IMG/VR virus record: IMGVR_UViG_3300028608_000006
Coordinates: 1 to 64,000 of that record
Strand: one strand, 5' to 3'
Length of the DNA stretch: 64,000 bases
The first letter of the stretch is position 1. Each line of letters opens with the position of its first letter. Of this stretch, positions 37,614-47,350 are shown one piece after another. Made by a program: the position numbers and the translations under genes. The notes below the pieces were generated by a model, which saw nothing but the letters and a program-made list of their open reading frames with translations, had not been told where the DNA came from and searched no databases.

Positions 37614-37615
37614 TG

Positions 37616-39232
37616 TTACTCCTCAAGACCACTCGTAGCGGCCTTCAACATAAACAGAATCGGTTCGTTGACAGGGTCATAAAGGAAACGACCGCTGCCA
37701 CTGATGTAGTACTCGCGCTTGCCGAACAGATCCCGAACTTCGGACTTACTGTCTTCGGCGTTCACGCTGTTGCTGTTCAACTGGTCACCGTCGTGGTCGG
37801 AGTCATAGCCCGCTTCACGAGAAGGGTCAACCGACATGGCATCGAAGTAGTCAGGGGTTTCCGTCCGGTGCGGGTAACGGGAACAGGTTTCCATTACTTC
37901 CCAATCAGGGGTGCGAATGGTCCGAGGCTTAGCCCCAGTGATCGTCACCAAGTTCACCTTGGCAGGAACGATAGAACCGATACCAATGATCGGGTAACGT
38001 GTCTGCTGGGTGATCTGATCCATGACTGTGGCTTGACACGACAGGTAGAACAGCTCCATGTACGTGATTGGACGAACCAGTTTACGGTCCTTATCCTTGG
38101 GGAGATCGTTGATGTCATGCAGCACACAAACGTCCTCACCATCGTCATAGACTAGGGCGAGGTAGTGTTTTTCAACGATGATCTCCTTGTTCCGCAGATG
38201 CACGTTGGAGAAGCCGTTGAAGAGTTTGTTCAACCCAGTAAAGGTCGACCACTTCTCAACCACATACGGTGGCACTTCGACGTACTCGTATTCGAGGGTC
38301 TTGGTGTTCACCAGCTTCACGGTCTGCGAACCAGGAGTAAAGATGTTCTGCAAGTACTTGCTCAGAAGAGCGTGCACACAGACGTACTGGTTGTTCAGCA
38401 GCGCTTGATACAGACCGATGTCCGTGGAGTTAGGGTTAACCCCGTTGGTCTTGAACAAGTCTGCCCGAGAGACCTTACGCGCAGTAATAACGTTACGGGT
38501 ACCCGACACCACACCACGAGTAGACAAACGCTTCTGGAACAAACCCCCTTTACCTTCAGTCAAACCGAAGAGGTATTGGTCGATGTCGTTGAAGGCACTT
38601 TGCAGGGACCAACGCACGTTGTCGTACAGTGGGTTCTCCGCATCCCGTTGACTACCCAAACTGATGACTCGAGTCTTGAAGATCAGCTTCCTATATAGGT
38701 CGGTGATCTCGGGCTCAGTCGGAGCACCGCTCGGTTGGAACTGAATGTCCCGCAGACCCGCCGGAATCACCAACACTTTATTGCTGACGGCGATGTCACG
38801 GAACTGAGTGACCAACTTCACCCGCTGCTTACGTTTGTAGGAATCCGTCGTAGCAGGAACGATTTCGTGGAAGTGACGCATAAAGAAAGCAAAACCCGTC
38901 TCCCCGTCGAGGAGGTTGGATTTTATGAAATCTTTAGCCACAGGATCCCATACCGCGTATTCCGTTCCTTTCAGAATACTGAGGTACAAGGATTTTATTT
39001 GCGTCAGTGCTTTGAAGTAAGTTGGGTTGAAGAGCCCGAGCTTTGTGTCAATGTACGCTTCAGTTCTATCGCGCTCTTTGCTACCCAGCTTGCCGAAAAT
39101 CTCTAGGGAATAAAGACCCTCGTCATTCAAGTTCTGGGTCATCCCTTCAAAGGCGTCCGTGGACGTTACTTCTTTGAAGACGCCCGGCAGAATAGTCTTT
39201 GGATCTAACAACTTAAGGTTTGTGGGCTTCAT
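37616..39232 (-). CDS. virion RNA polymerase beta-prime catalytic fragment (phiKZ gp180-like)
   Basis: GLYSLEIFG, VIPAGLRD and catalytic DSDHDGD (DxDGD) motifs. Confidence 0.88.
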   Translation of the reverse strand: MKPTNLKLLDPKTILPGVFKEVTSTDAFEGMTQNLNDEGLYSLEIFGKLGSKERDRTEAYIDTKLGLFNPTYFKALTQIKSLYLSILKGTEYAVWDPVAKDFIKSNLLDGETGFAFFMRHFHEIVPATTDSYKRKQRVKLVTQFRDIAVSNKVLVIPAGLRDIQFQPSGAPTEPEITDLYRKLIFKTRVISLGSQRDAENPLYDNVRWSLQSAFNDIDQYLFGLTEGKGGLFQKRLSTRGVVSGTRNVITARKVSRADLFKTNGVNPNSTDIGLYQALLNNQYVCVHALLSKYLQNIFTPGSQTVKLVNTKTLEYEYVEVPPYVVEKWSTFTGLNKLFNGFSNVHLRNKEIIVEKHYLALVYDDGEDVCVLHDINDLPKDKDRKLVRPITYMELFYLSCQATVMDQITQQTRYPIIGIGSIVPAKVNLVTITGAKPRTIRTPDWEVMETCSRYPHRTETPDYFDAMSVDPSREAGYDSDHDGDQLNSNSVNAEDSKSEVRDLFGKREYYISGSGRFLYDPVNEPILFMLKAATSGLEE

Positions 39233-39261
39233 TCAAATTTCCCTTTATTAGGAGTTAGCAC

Positions 39262-42200
39262 ATGGCTGACGATTTTGATATGGATTGGGGCGACGACCCC
39301 TTTTCGGGGGACATGAGTTTTGACAGTGATTTTGACACCCCGTCCAACCATGGCTTCCTGCGTTCGTTCACCACGGGGTTTCTGAGCGGTTTGGTGGAGA
39401 AGACCGTCGGTGATACTGACGCTCGAATCGACACCTTAAAGATGGTGTTGCCGCGCAGTTACCTGGGAGCGTTCAGCACATTAAGTGATCTGAACCGCCG
39501 TCGTGCAGAATTGATGCAAGAGATCAAAGGCGACTCCTACGAGTCTGTCAAAGATCTGCAATACCTCGCTGGGCGCGCTGCGGATAAGCTCCGCAAGATT
39601 GCCCCTAATAAGATCGCTGACGGTTTTCAGAACTTTAGCCAAAATGATTTCAGTGATTGGGAGAAGGCAAGCAGTGGTGGTCGTGATTCCGGACCAAGTC
39701 TTTCCGACACCACCGAAGACGAAATAAAATCAGCCATTGACAACGCCGACGCCAACTCCGTGCTTGAACGGGAGACGATGATCGGTTCGGCTGGCGCTAT
39801 CACGGACATGATGGCAAACGTCGGTGGTCGTACTCTGGCTAACTTGCAGGCCATGGGTCAAGGGACGGTACGTACTAACCAGCTGTTGGAGCAGATTGTT
39901 GACTTCCAACGTCGGGTTCAGGCGCGCAACGATGCCTTGAAACTTAACATCATGACCCGCTCGTATTTGACGGACGCTAAGTTCTACAAGTTCGTTGAAG
40001 CGAGTAACCACCGTATTGTTGAAGAGCTGAAGAAGATCAGCGACAGTTCTGCCAAGTCTGACTACGAAAAGACCACACACTCCCAAGCGGTGCGTAAGAC
40101 TATCCGGGAATCCGTGTTCAGTTCGGTCAAGAGCAAGATCGGCGGTATTTCTGGTTTCATCGATGATCGTTTTGGCAAGAACGCTCGTGGCGAGTTCACT
40201 GGCGGCTCAAACGAGCTGATCAGTTCGATTCGCATGGCTGCCGAGATGACCGAGGGGATGGACCTTAACCTCGGGCAGATGTTGGGTAACGCTGCTGCGG
40301 GTATCTTCATCAACAACCTCCCCCGGATGCTTAAATCGGGCAAGGCGAAGAAGTACCTTGACGACTTCAAGAAGAAGTTCCCTGCACAGGCTAAGTGGGC
40401 GGAAGATGCTTACATCCGCATCACTGACTTGGGTAACGTGGCGTCGTACGGTCTGACCAACGCCGAAGGCCTGACCAACACCATGGCGAAGTATTACCAA
40501 GGTGGCCAGACGTGGAGCGAAGCCGAGGATTACGAACAGTATCTCGACCTGCTTCCTGAGGGTGAGCAGAAGCTCAGCAAAGTTGAGTGGACTCTCATCA
40601 GCAACGCTCGCAAGATTGGTAACAAAGCGTTTGCAGGTGTGTTCGACAACATGAGCCGTTCCAACGGTACTCAGTACACCTTAGCGCGGCGTACGTTGGA
40701 CAATGGTCACGAGCAAGCTTTGTGGAACAACCGCTCCGACCGTACCCTCAACGAAGTGTTGCCACAATGGCTGAGTCAGATCCACTTGTCTCTTGAGAAG
40801 TTCCGGACAGGCGATGATGACATGCGGGCTATGACCTACGACTATGTCAAGGGTAAGTTCAACAGCCATGATCAGAAGATCTCCACCGTTCTCAACCAAG
40901 TGTTGGACAAACGTCAGTTCAGTAACCAAGCGACAATGGCGAACAATTTGGCGGAACAGATCGATGCTGATGGTGCCCTGACTCCGGAGGCTAAACGAGA
41001 GTTGGCGTTCCTTCTGGCGAAAGACACTGATGCGGACATGGGTTTCAGTCCTTACAACTACCTGCACGCCGATAAGGAGCACGGCGTGCCTCCTGCATTG
41101 GCGGCTGAGATCAAGCGCATGATTCAGGTGCAGTTTGGTATCAGCGACGATCACATCAAGGCCTTTAATGAAGGTACTGATGTAGACCGCTCGAAGGCTT
41201 TGATTTACATGCCGACTGAAAAAGGTCGTCAGCGAGTGGCAGAACTGGCGCCTTCGGCCAAATCGCTGGGTGCTTTCGCCCCTGACATCACCAACCGACT
41301 GGATGTCCTTAAGTCGAGCGGGTATTACGATGCAATGAAAGAAGCGGGTATCGTCACTACAACGGACGGTCAAGACAACGTCGACATGGAGAAGATCTGG
41401 GGTACGCTGAAAAGCTTCATCCAAGACACCAAGCGTGAGACCGCCCCACGCGTTCCTGACGCCGTTCCGTTGCCAAGCCGCGCCTTCGGTGGGGGTTATC
41501 CTCCGCAACCTGCTCCGCCTACCCCAGGACCTCTCCCACTGCCTGGTCCTACTCCCGTTATTCCGGAGTCGATCAAGCTGGATGGTTTGGAAGACCTGAC
41601 CAAGTCCATGAGCGGTATGGAGGGCTTGAAGGAGACCATGGAACAGCTGGGCAAGTCCTTCTCGGGATACCGTCCTCCTGATGCACCTCCGACGGTGGAC
41701 ATCGTTCCTATCACCACAGGGCTCGAAGGGATCAGTGCTAAGCTTGAGCAGATGCTTGCTCTGGGGACTACTCGTAACCAGATCCTGACCGACATCCTCC
41801 TGCGTCAACCGGCTGAAGCCAAGCCGTTGTCCGAGAGTGATGAGAAGGAAGTGTCTCGTGAGAAGAAAAGTCTCCTTGATAAGCTGAAGGGAACTTCGTT
41901 CAAGGATCTCTTTAACAGTGGCGTTGAAAAGCTGATGGACAACCAACCGCTGATCCTGGGTGGGTTGTTGGGTGGTCTGGCTGGCTTGGCGGTCTACGAT
42001 AAGAAGAGCGCTGCGTTGCTGGCGGGTGGCGCGATTATCGCTGGCGGCTACATGAAGCTGAAAAGCCTCAAGTCCAAAGAAGCTGACGATACACAGGACC
42101 TTTACGAGGAAGGGGCAGAGAACCCTATTCTGGAGGCGTCCAAGCTTCAGAACGGCGATTACTACGATGCCACTAAGGGCTTCTTGATCAAGTCCTGGAA

Positions 42201-45200
42201 AGACATCACTGGCAGTGTTGTGGACAACGTCACCAAGGTTGTGATTGGTGCTCGTCGTTTGGCCGGTAAACTCTTCACTTCGGAGAATAAGGAAGTCTTC
42301 CTGAGTGGTCTGGACAAGGTGCGGGAATACCTGCTCAAGGCGTACCACTTCATCGATCCGTTCAAACGGGTTAAACGTTGGGGTAATGCGCTGCGTACTC
42401 GCTTCTACCAGATGGACGTGTATAAGGAAGGGGAAGATTCACCGACACTCGTTGGGAAACGTTTTGAGTCGGGCGCTTATTGCAAGCGTAACGAATCGGG
42501 TGAGTTGGAGGTCATCAACGGCTGGAACGAGATTGATGGTCCGGTCTACACGCCTGAGGGTGAGGTCATCATTACTCAGGACGAGTACGACCGTGGGTTG
42601 CGTACCTCGATGGGGGTCAGTGTTAACAAGCTGCAAGAAGGCTCCAAGAAATTGGGTCGACTGGGCTTGGACTTCCTCGGTAAGGTGAAAGACAAAGCCT
42701 TGCCAATGATGGGAATGGCCGCGGATAAAGCGAAAGGTGCGATGACTGTTAGTTACGCGCCGATTGTGAACTCCGTAGATCGCATCTACAACCTGTTGCT
42801 CAAACACTGGGGCTACCAGCAGGAAGTAGACATTGAACTGCCTGAGCCGACCGTACAGCCTGTGGCAGGTCCTACCAAGGATCAACCAGGTACACCAAAG
42901 GGAACCCTCATCCCTACCATCGTGGAGAAACCCGAAGCGGATGTTGTTGATCCGAACAGGCCTTTCCCGAAGAACCCTTCCATCAAGCCTAAGACCCCAA
43001 TGGAGAATGCGGTCGAGAAGGTTAAAGAGGATCTCGAAAGCAATACCCCTCAGGGTCGTCTGAACTCCCTTGCTGACAAGAAGGAGAAGAGTGAAGAGAA
43101 ACGGAAAGCGGACTCTGAAGAAGCTCTGATCTACATGGCCAAGAACTTTGGCTTCGGTGCTAAGCCGGGTGAAGAGGAGAAGAAAAAGAGTCAAGGTCTG
43201 TTCGGTCTGCTGGCCAGTGGCTTTGGCGCTATCGCCAGTGGCATTGCTGGGATCACTACTTTCTTCACCAAGCGACTGTTCAGTGGTTTCCAAACCCTGT
43301 TCAGGTTCGGCTCTCTTGGTTTGAAGGTATTCCCTATCTTGGCGACCGGTATCACTGCGGTTGCTAAAGGGATCTTCACCCTCATTAAAACTCGCAGCGT
43401 TACTGAAGCTGGTGGTTCGGTATGGGATACTCTCACCGGGGGTGGTGAAGAAGATGCTGGTGAAGGCAAGAAGGGCAAGGGTAAGAAAGGCAAGAAAGGC
43501 AAGAAGGGTGAGAAAGCCCCTCGAACCGCGGGCAGTCGTTTGAAGACCGGTGTCAAAGGCGTTGGGTACGGCATGGCGGCTGGGATGGCTACTGACTTCC
43601 TGATGGATAGCGGTATTGTCGACGAAGACTCGGCTACCGGGACAGTGTTGGATGCGGCGAGTACGGCGGCCACTGCTTACGGCGGTTACCAAATGGCCGC
43701 TGGTGTTGCGACAGCCGCTGGTCTTGACATCAGTGCAGGTGCTGTAGCGACGGGCGTGGCTGCTGGCGGTGCTGCTGCTGCTTCTTGGGTGGGTGGTACA
43801 GCTGCGGCTGGTATGGTGGCGAACCTCGGCATTGCCGCGCTCCCTATGCTGTTGAACCCGTATGTCTTGGGTGCGATTGCTGTGGGTGCTGTTGGTTACG
43901 GGATCTACCGTTTTGTGAACCGTGGCGAAGGGAAACAGTTCGAACTTCGTATGGCTCAGTACGGTGTCTCTGACCCGGATTCCGATCTGGCGAAGAAGAT
44001 CCTGAAAGCGGAAGAGATGCTTCTTTCCCATGTCGTCATCGGTAACGGTCGCGCTTCGTTCTCGAAGCAAGCCCCTATCAGTGAAGTGATTCAGATGTTT
44101 GTAAGCGATCCGAAGAACAACAAGGAAGTCGGTGACGTCTTTACTTGGTTCAACGGTCGTTTCAAGCCTGTGTTGCTGACGTACATGGCTTGCCTTGACA
44201 CCATCAAGATGAAGTCCTTGAAGGAATACGACGAGGGCAAAACGCAAGACATCTACAAGGTGGCGAAGCAGACGCACGCGGCACTGAACGGGGTTCAACC
44301 TTACCCGTACTCCATCACGGCGAAGATCGATGCCGATACCCCTATCCTCGGTGAGAAGGCAACCCTGATCCGGGTTAACAACTTGCTGGGTGAGCTGAAG
44401 GATTACATCGACCGCAAGACACCATCTGAAGACCTGAACCCTATCACCACGCCTAAGGCTCAAAGTAAGGCGGGGCTTGAGAAGGAGAAGGCTGAGCTGA
44501 AACAAACCGTGGAAGGACCACGCGGTTTCTTTGACAGCAAAGAGAAGATGGCTCGGGTAGCCAAAGCTGAAACCCGCCTGCAACAGGTTGACGAGGAAAT
44601 CAAACGCCTCAACGACTCTTACAAAGCTGGTGGAATTGTCGCTCAGATCTACATCAAGGATTTGATGCCGGACGACAAGGCAATGGACCTGATGACCGCC
44701 ATCCGCGCTGCCTGCTACGGCAACGAGGAAGATGTTACATGGCGTGTCGAAGCGGTGATGAAGCTGGAGCGTTACTGCGAACCTTTGTTTGCTGATCGTG
44801 GGGAGTCGATGGAGTTCACTGGCCAGATTGGTCAGATCTTCAGTCTGTTCAAAGATTCCTTCCGGGTTAGCGATGGTGATGCAGACGATTGGTGCCTGTG
44901 GTTCCGTGACCGGTTCTTGCCGGTTCTGACGACCTACATGAACACCATGAAGACCTATCGCCGTGGACGCCCTGCCGTGGTGTGGAAGACCCTGTCGGCA
45001 ACGGCTCGGTACGAAATCGCCAAGGCATTGGTTGAAACGAAAGGTAAGGGTACGCTGTGGTTTGACTTCTCCATCTGGACTGTACGGGCATCTCCTTTCA
45101 AAGGCACTAAGTCTCCCGCTAAACCTGACAAGGTAGATCGGATGCTGAAGCTGCTGGGTGAAGCCAGTACTGCGGCGAAGTTAAAAGATCCTGAAGCAGA

Positions 45201-47301
45201 GGCCGGTAAAACCAACGCACAAACTTGGGCGAAGACTGTATCCCCGCACAAGGTCGGTGGCGACTTCCAACCTGAGGCGCCTAACGTCGATGACGTGAGC
45301 AAAGCCAAAACCCGTGGTGAAGTAGCGGGCGGTGGTCAGTTCGGTACCAATGGGTCTGGGACAGGCAACACGTACTCGGCAGGCGGTGTGTATCAAACGC
45401 CTTCCAACAAGTACGGGTTCGTTCCACTGGGTGGTGACTCCGATACCAGTCACTTGGACATGTCGGGTGTTAAAGCTCAGGAAGGGAATGACAAAGGGGT
45501 TAAGGTTCCCAAGAAGCTGGCTCAACAAATCCTGATTCGGGAAATGCTGAAACAAGGCTTTACGGATCCTCGGGAGATTGCGGAAGTACTGGCGCTGACG
45601 GATTACGAGTCGGGCGGTTATCAGAACACCACTGAGAGCCTGAAGTACTCTGATCCGAAACGTTTGGCGAGCATGTTCAGGGAAGTGAAGAGCGTCGAAC
45701 AAGCGCGCATGCTGATTGACCAAGGTGAGGTGGCCATTGCCAACACTGTTTACGGTGGCGGTAAAGGTGCATCCATTGGTAACCGTGAACCAGGAGACGG
45801 TTGGAAGTATCGTGGGCGTGGTTTCATTCAGCTCACGGGTAAAGCGAACTACGCCAAGACCGGACAAGAGTTGGGGATTGACCTGGTTAACAAACCGGAA
45901 CTCGCCTCCAATGACCCTAACGTCATGGCCGCTGTCGCTGTTAACTTCTTCAAGAACAGCAAGCTTCTGCGCAGTATCAGTCAGACCGGCAACTTCGGTG
46001 AAGCCGCAAAAGGACTTAACGGCGGTAACGAACTTCCAGGGATGCCTAAACGGTATCAGTTGTACCTGTCTTACCTGGAACAGTTGCAGAAAGGCGAACT
46101 CTCCACGGAAACCAGTACTGCCGAGGACCCAGCAGCTGCCGAAGGGCAAACGGCTGGTCAGATGTACGGTGGTGGCGGTTCCAGCGGTGGTGGCTCTACA
46201 GGGGCTCCTGCGGCAAGTGGTGGGGGTGGCGAAGCTCCAATGATGGGAAGCGGTAATCTGCCTTCTCTCGCTAACGCACCTGCGGGTGGCGGAGCATCTG
46301 GTAACTATCAGACTCCAGCTCCAGCGGGCGGTGGTGGGTACGGTAGTAACCCTGAGATGGATCCAGCCGCTGTTCCGTTCAGCGGGCCATACCAAGACTC
46401 CGACTTGCTGGTTAACAGCAATGCTTCGGGGACTAGTGGGCTTCGTCTGAAATCGGCTGAGTCGGTTGCTGGTGGTAAGGCTCACCCGGGTCTTACAGCG
46501 TTGTGCAAAATGATTCAACAGCGAGTACCGGGCTTCAAGGTGTTCACTGCTCTGAACGACGCGTACCACGTTAACAAAGGTTCTAAAGGGGCTCACCCTA
46601 AAGGACTGGCGGCTGACTTCACGTTGACCAATGGCATTGCAGGCAGTGATCGTGCTGCGACGATGGTAACGGAGATTCTGCGTCAAGCAGGTCTGCAACC
46701 CGGTGCCGAGTTCTTGGTCATCAACGAGTACAAGCGGAAAACTGCCATCGGTACAGGCGGTCATGTTCACGCGGGCTTTAAGTCGCCAGCGGCAGCACAG
46801 AAGTTCTTGGATGCAGCAGGTGGTACCCAGACCAACGGTCAGGACACTACCGGTACTGGCGGTGGAGCGGAAGTAGCGCCTGAAGAGGCACCAAACCGTG
46901 CACAGCCAACCCTGCCACCAGGTAACCCAATGTCTGCACCGGATGAAGAAGGCGGTGCCGCAGCTCCAAGCGCACAACCAGCTTCTGCTGCACCGGGTGC
47001 TGGCTTCACAGGCTTGCCTCTTCCTAATCAGCCACCTCCTCAGCAACCGCTTCCAGAGGGTTACAAAGGACCGGCGCCAGCTCCTCAGGCGCCAGCACCT
47101 GTTGCTCAAGCACCGAAGGCAGCTCCGGCTCCTGCGACGCCTGATAACAGTGCTCAAGTGGCTGAGCTGATGAAGAGCTTGATTGCCGCAACACAATCTT
47201 CTGGGGGTGACAACGCGCAGTTGTTGAAAGCCGTCCTAGATCAACTGGTTCAACTGAACAAGAAAGGGGAGAAAACTCCTCAAGGCGTGAAGGTGAACTA
47301 A
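39262..47301 (+). CDS. tail tape-measure / tail-associated lysin (phiKZ gp181-like) with GH19 and M15-like domains
   Basis: 2679 aa, divergent from vRNAP; ES...YRGRGFIQLTG GH19 motif; H-x6-D and HxH peptidase motifs; Gly/Ala/Pro-rich linkers. Confidence 0.85.
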   Translation: MADDFDMDWGDDPFSGDMSFDSDFDTPSNHGFLRSFTTGFLSGLVEKTVGDTDARIDTLKMVLPRSYLGAFSTLSDLNRRRAELMQEIKGDSYESVKDLQYLAGRAADKLRKIAPNKIADGFQNFSQNDFSDWEKASSGGRDSGPSLSDTTEDEIKSAIDNADANSVLERETMIGSAGAITDMMANVGGRTLANLQAMGQGTVRTNQLLEQIVDFQRRVQARNDALKLNIMTRSYLTDAKFYKFVEASNHRIVEELKKISDSSAKSDYEKTTHSQAVRKTIRESVFSSVKSKIGGISGFIDDRFGKNARGEFTGGSNELISSIRMAAEMTEGMDLNLGQMLGNAAAGIFINNLPRMLKSGKAKKYLDDFKKKFPAQAKWAEDAYIRITDLGNVASYGLTNAEGLTNTMAKYYQGGQTWSEAEDYEQYLDLLPEGEQKLSKVEWTLISNARKIGNKAFAGVFDNMSRSNGTQYTLARRTLDNGHEQALWNNRSDRTLNEVLPQWLSQIHLSLEKFRTGDDDMRAMTYDYVKGKFNSHDQKISTVLNQVLDKRQFSNQATMANNLAEQIDADGALTPEAKRELAFLLAKDTDADMGFSPYNYLHADKEHGVPPALAAEIKRMIQVQFGISDDHIKAFNEGTDVDRSKALIYMPTEKGRQRVAELAPSAKSLGAFAPDITNRLDVLKSSGYYDAMKEAGIVTTTDGQDNVDMEKIWGTLKSFIQDTKRETAPRVPDAVPLPSRAFGGGYPPQPAPPTPGPLPLPGPTPVIPESIKLDGLEDLTKSMSGMEGLKETMEQLGKSFSGYRPPDAPPTVDIVPITTGLEGISAKLEQMLALGTTRNQILTDILLRQPAEAKPLSESDEKEVSREKKSLLDKLKGTSFKDLFNSGVEKLMDNQPLILGGLLGGLAGLAVYDKKSAALLAGGAIIAGGYMKLKSLKSKEADDTQDLYEEGAENPILEASKLQNGDYYDATKGFLIKSWKDITGSVVDNVTKVVIGARRLAGKLFTSENKEVFLSGLDKVREYLLKAYHFIDPFKRVKRWGNALRTRFYQMDVYKEGEDSPTLVGKRFESGAYCKRNESGELEVINGWNEIDGPVYTPEGEVIITQDEYDRGLRTSMGVSVNKLQEGSKKLGRLGLDFLGKVKDKALPMMGMAADKAKGAMTVSYAPIVNSVDRIYNLLLKHWGYQQEVDIELPEPTVQPVAGPTKDQPGTPKGTLIPTIVEKPEADVVDPNRPFPKNPSIKPKTPMENAVEKVKEDLESNTPQGRLNSLADKKEKSEEKRKADSEEALIYMAKNFGFGAKPGEEEKKKSQGLFGLLASGFGAIASGIAGITTFFTKRLFSGFQTLFRFGSLGLKVFPILATGITAVAKGIFTLIKTRSVTEAGGSVWDTLTGGGEEDAGEGKKGKGKKGKKGKKGEKAPRTAGSRLKTGVKGVGYGMAAGMATDFLMDSGIVDEDSATGTVLDAASTAATAYGGYQMAAGVATAAGLDISAGAVATGVAAGGAAAASWVGGTAAAGMVANLGIAALPMLLNPYVLGAIAVGAVGYGIYRFVNRGEGKQFELRMAQYGVSDPDSDLAKKILKAEEMLLSHVVIGNGRASFSKQAPISEVIQMFVSDPKNNKEVGDVFTWFNGRFKPVLLTYMACLDTIKMKSLKEYDEGKTQDIYKVAKQTHAALNGVQPYPYSITAKIDADTPILGEKATLIRVNNLLGELKDYIDRKTPSEDLNPITTPKAQSKAGLEKEKAELKQTVEGPRGFFDSKEKMARVAKAETRLQQVDEEIKRLNDSYKAGGIVAQIYIKDLMPDDKAMDLMTAIRAACYGNEEDVTWRVEAVMKLERYCEPLFADRGESMEFTGQIGQIFSLFKDSFRVSDGDADDWCLWFRDRFLPVLTTYMNTMKTYRRGRPAVVWKTLSATARYEIAKALVETKGKGTLWFDFSIWTVRASPFKGTKSPAKPDKVDRMLKLLGEASTAAKLKDPEAEAGKTNAQTWAKTVSPHKVGGDFQPEAPNVDDVSKAKTRGEVAGGGQFGTNGSGTGNTYSAGGVYQTPSNKYGFVPLGGDSDTSHLDMSGVKAQEGNDKGVKVPKKLAQQILIREMLKQGFTDPREIAEVLALTDYESGGYQNTTESLKYSDPKRLASMFREVKSVEQARMLIDQGEVAIANTVYGGGKGASIGNREPGDGWKYRGRGFIQLTGKANYAKTGQELGIDLVNKPELASNDPNVMAAVAVNFFKNSKLLRSISQTGNFGEAAKGLNGGNELPGMPKRYQLYLSYLEQLQKGELSTETSTAEDPAAAEGQTAGQMYGGGGSSGGGSTGAPAASGGGGEAPMMGSGNLPSLANAPAGGGASGNYQTPAPAGGGGYGSNPEMDPAAVPFSGPYQDSDLLVNSNASGTSGLRLKSAESVAGGKAHPGLTALCKMIQQRVPGFKVFTALNDAYHVNKGSKGAHPKGLAADFTLTNGIAGSDRAATMVTEILRQAGLQPGAEFLVINEYKRKTAIGTGGHVHAGFKSPAAAQKFLDAAGGTQTNGQDTTGTGGGAEVAPEEAPNRAQPTLPPGNPMSAPDEEGGAAAPSAQPASAAPGAGFTGLPLPNQPPPQQPLPEGYKGPAPAPQAPAPVAQAPKAAPAPATPDNSAQVAELMKSLIAATQSSGGDNAQLLKAVLDQLVQLNKKGEKTPQGVKVN

Positions 47302-47309
47302 CCGGTAAA

Positions 47310-47337
47310 CAGGGGAGGCAACTCCCCTGTTCTTTTT
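47310..47337 (+). terminator. classical intrinsic terminator
   Basis: CAGGGGAG-GCAA-CTCCCCTG followed by TTCTTTTT. Confidence 0.8.
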
Positions 47338-47350
47338 AGAGAGATTGTCT

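Noticed and set aside
33297-39232. Possible intron, intein or HNH endonuclease between or within vRNAP genes
   Set aside because: The two ORFs are continuous, of expected size and only 2 nt apart; no intein or HNH motif was seen.
43468-43515. Short tandem repeats (AAGAAAGGC-like)
   Set aside because: They encode the Lys/Gly low-complexity linker KKGKGKKGKKGKKGEK in the tape measure; not CRISPR or a mobile repeat.
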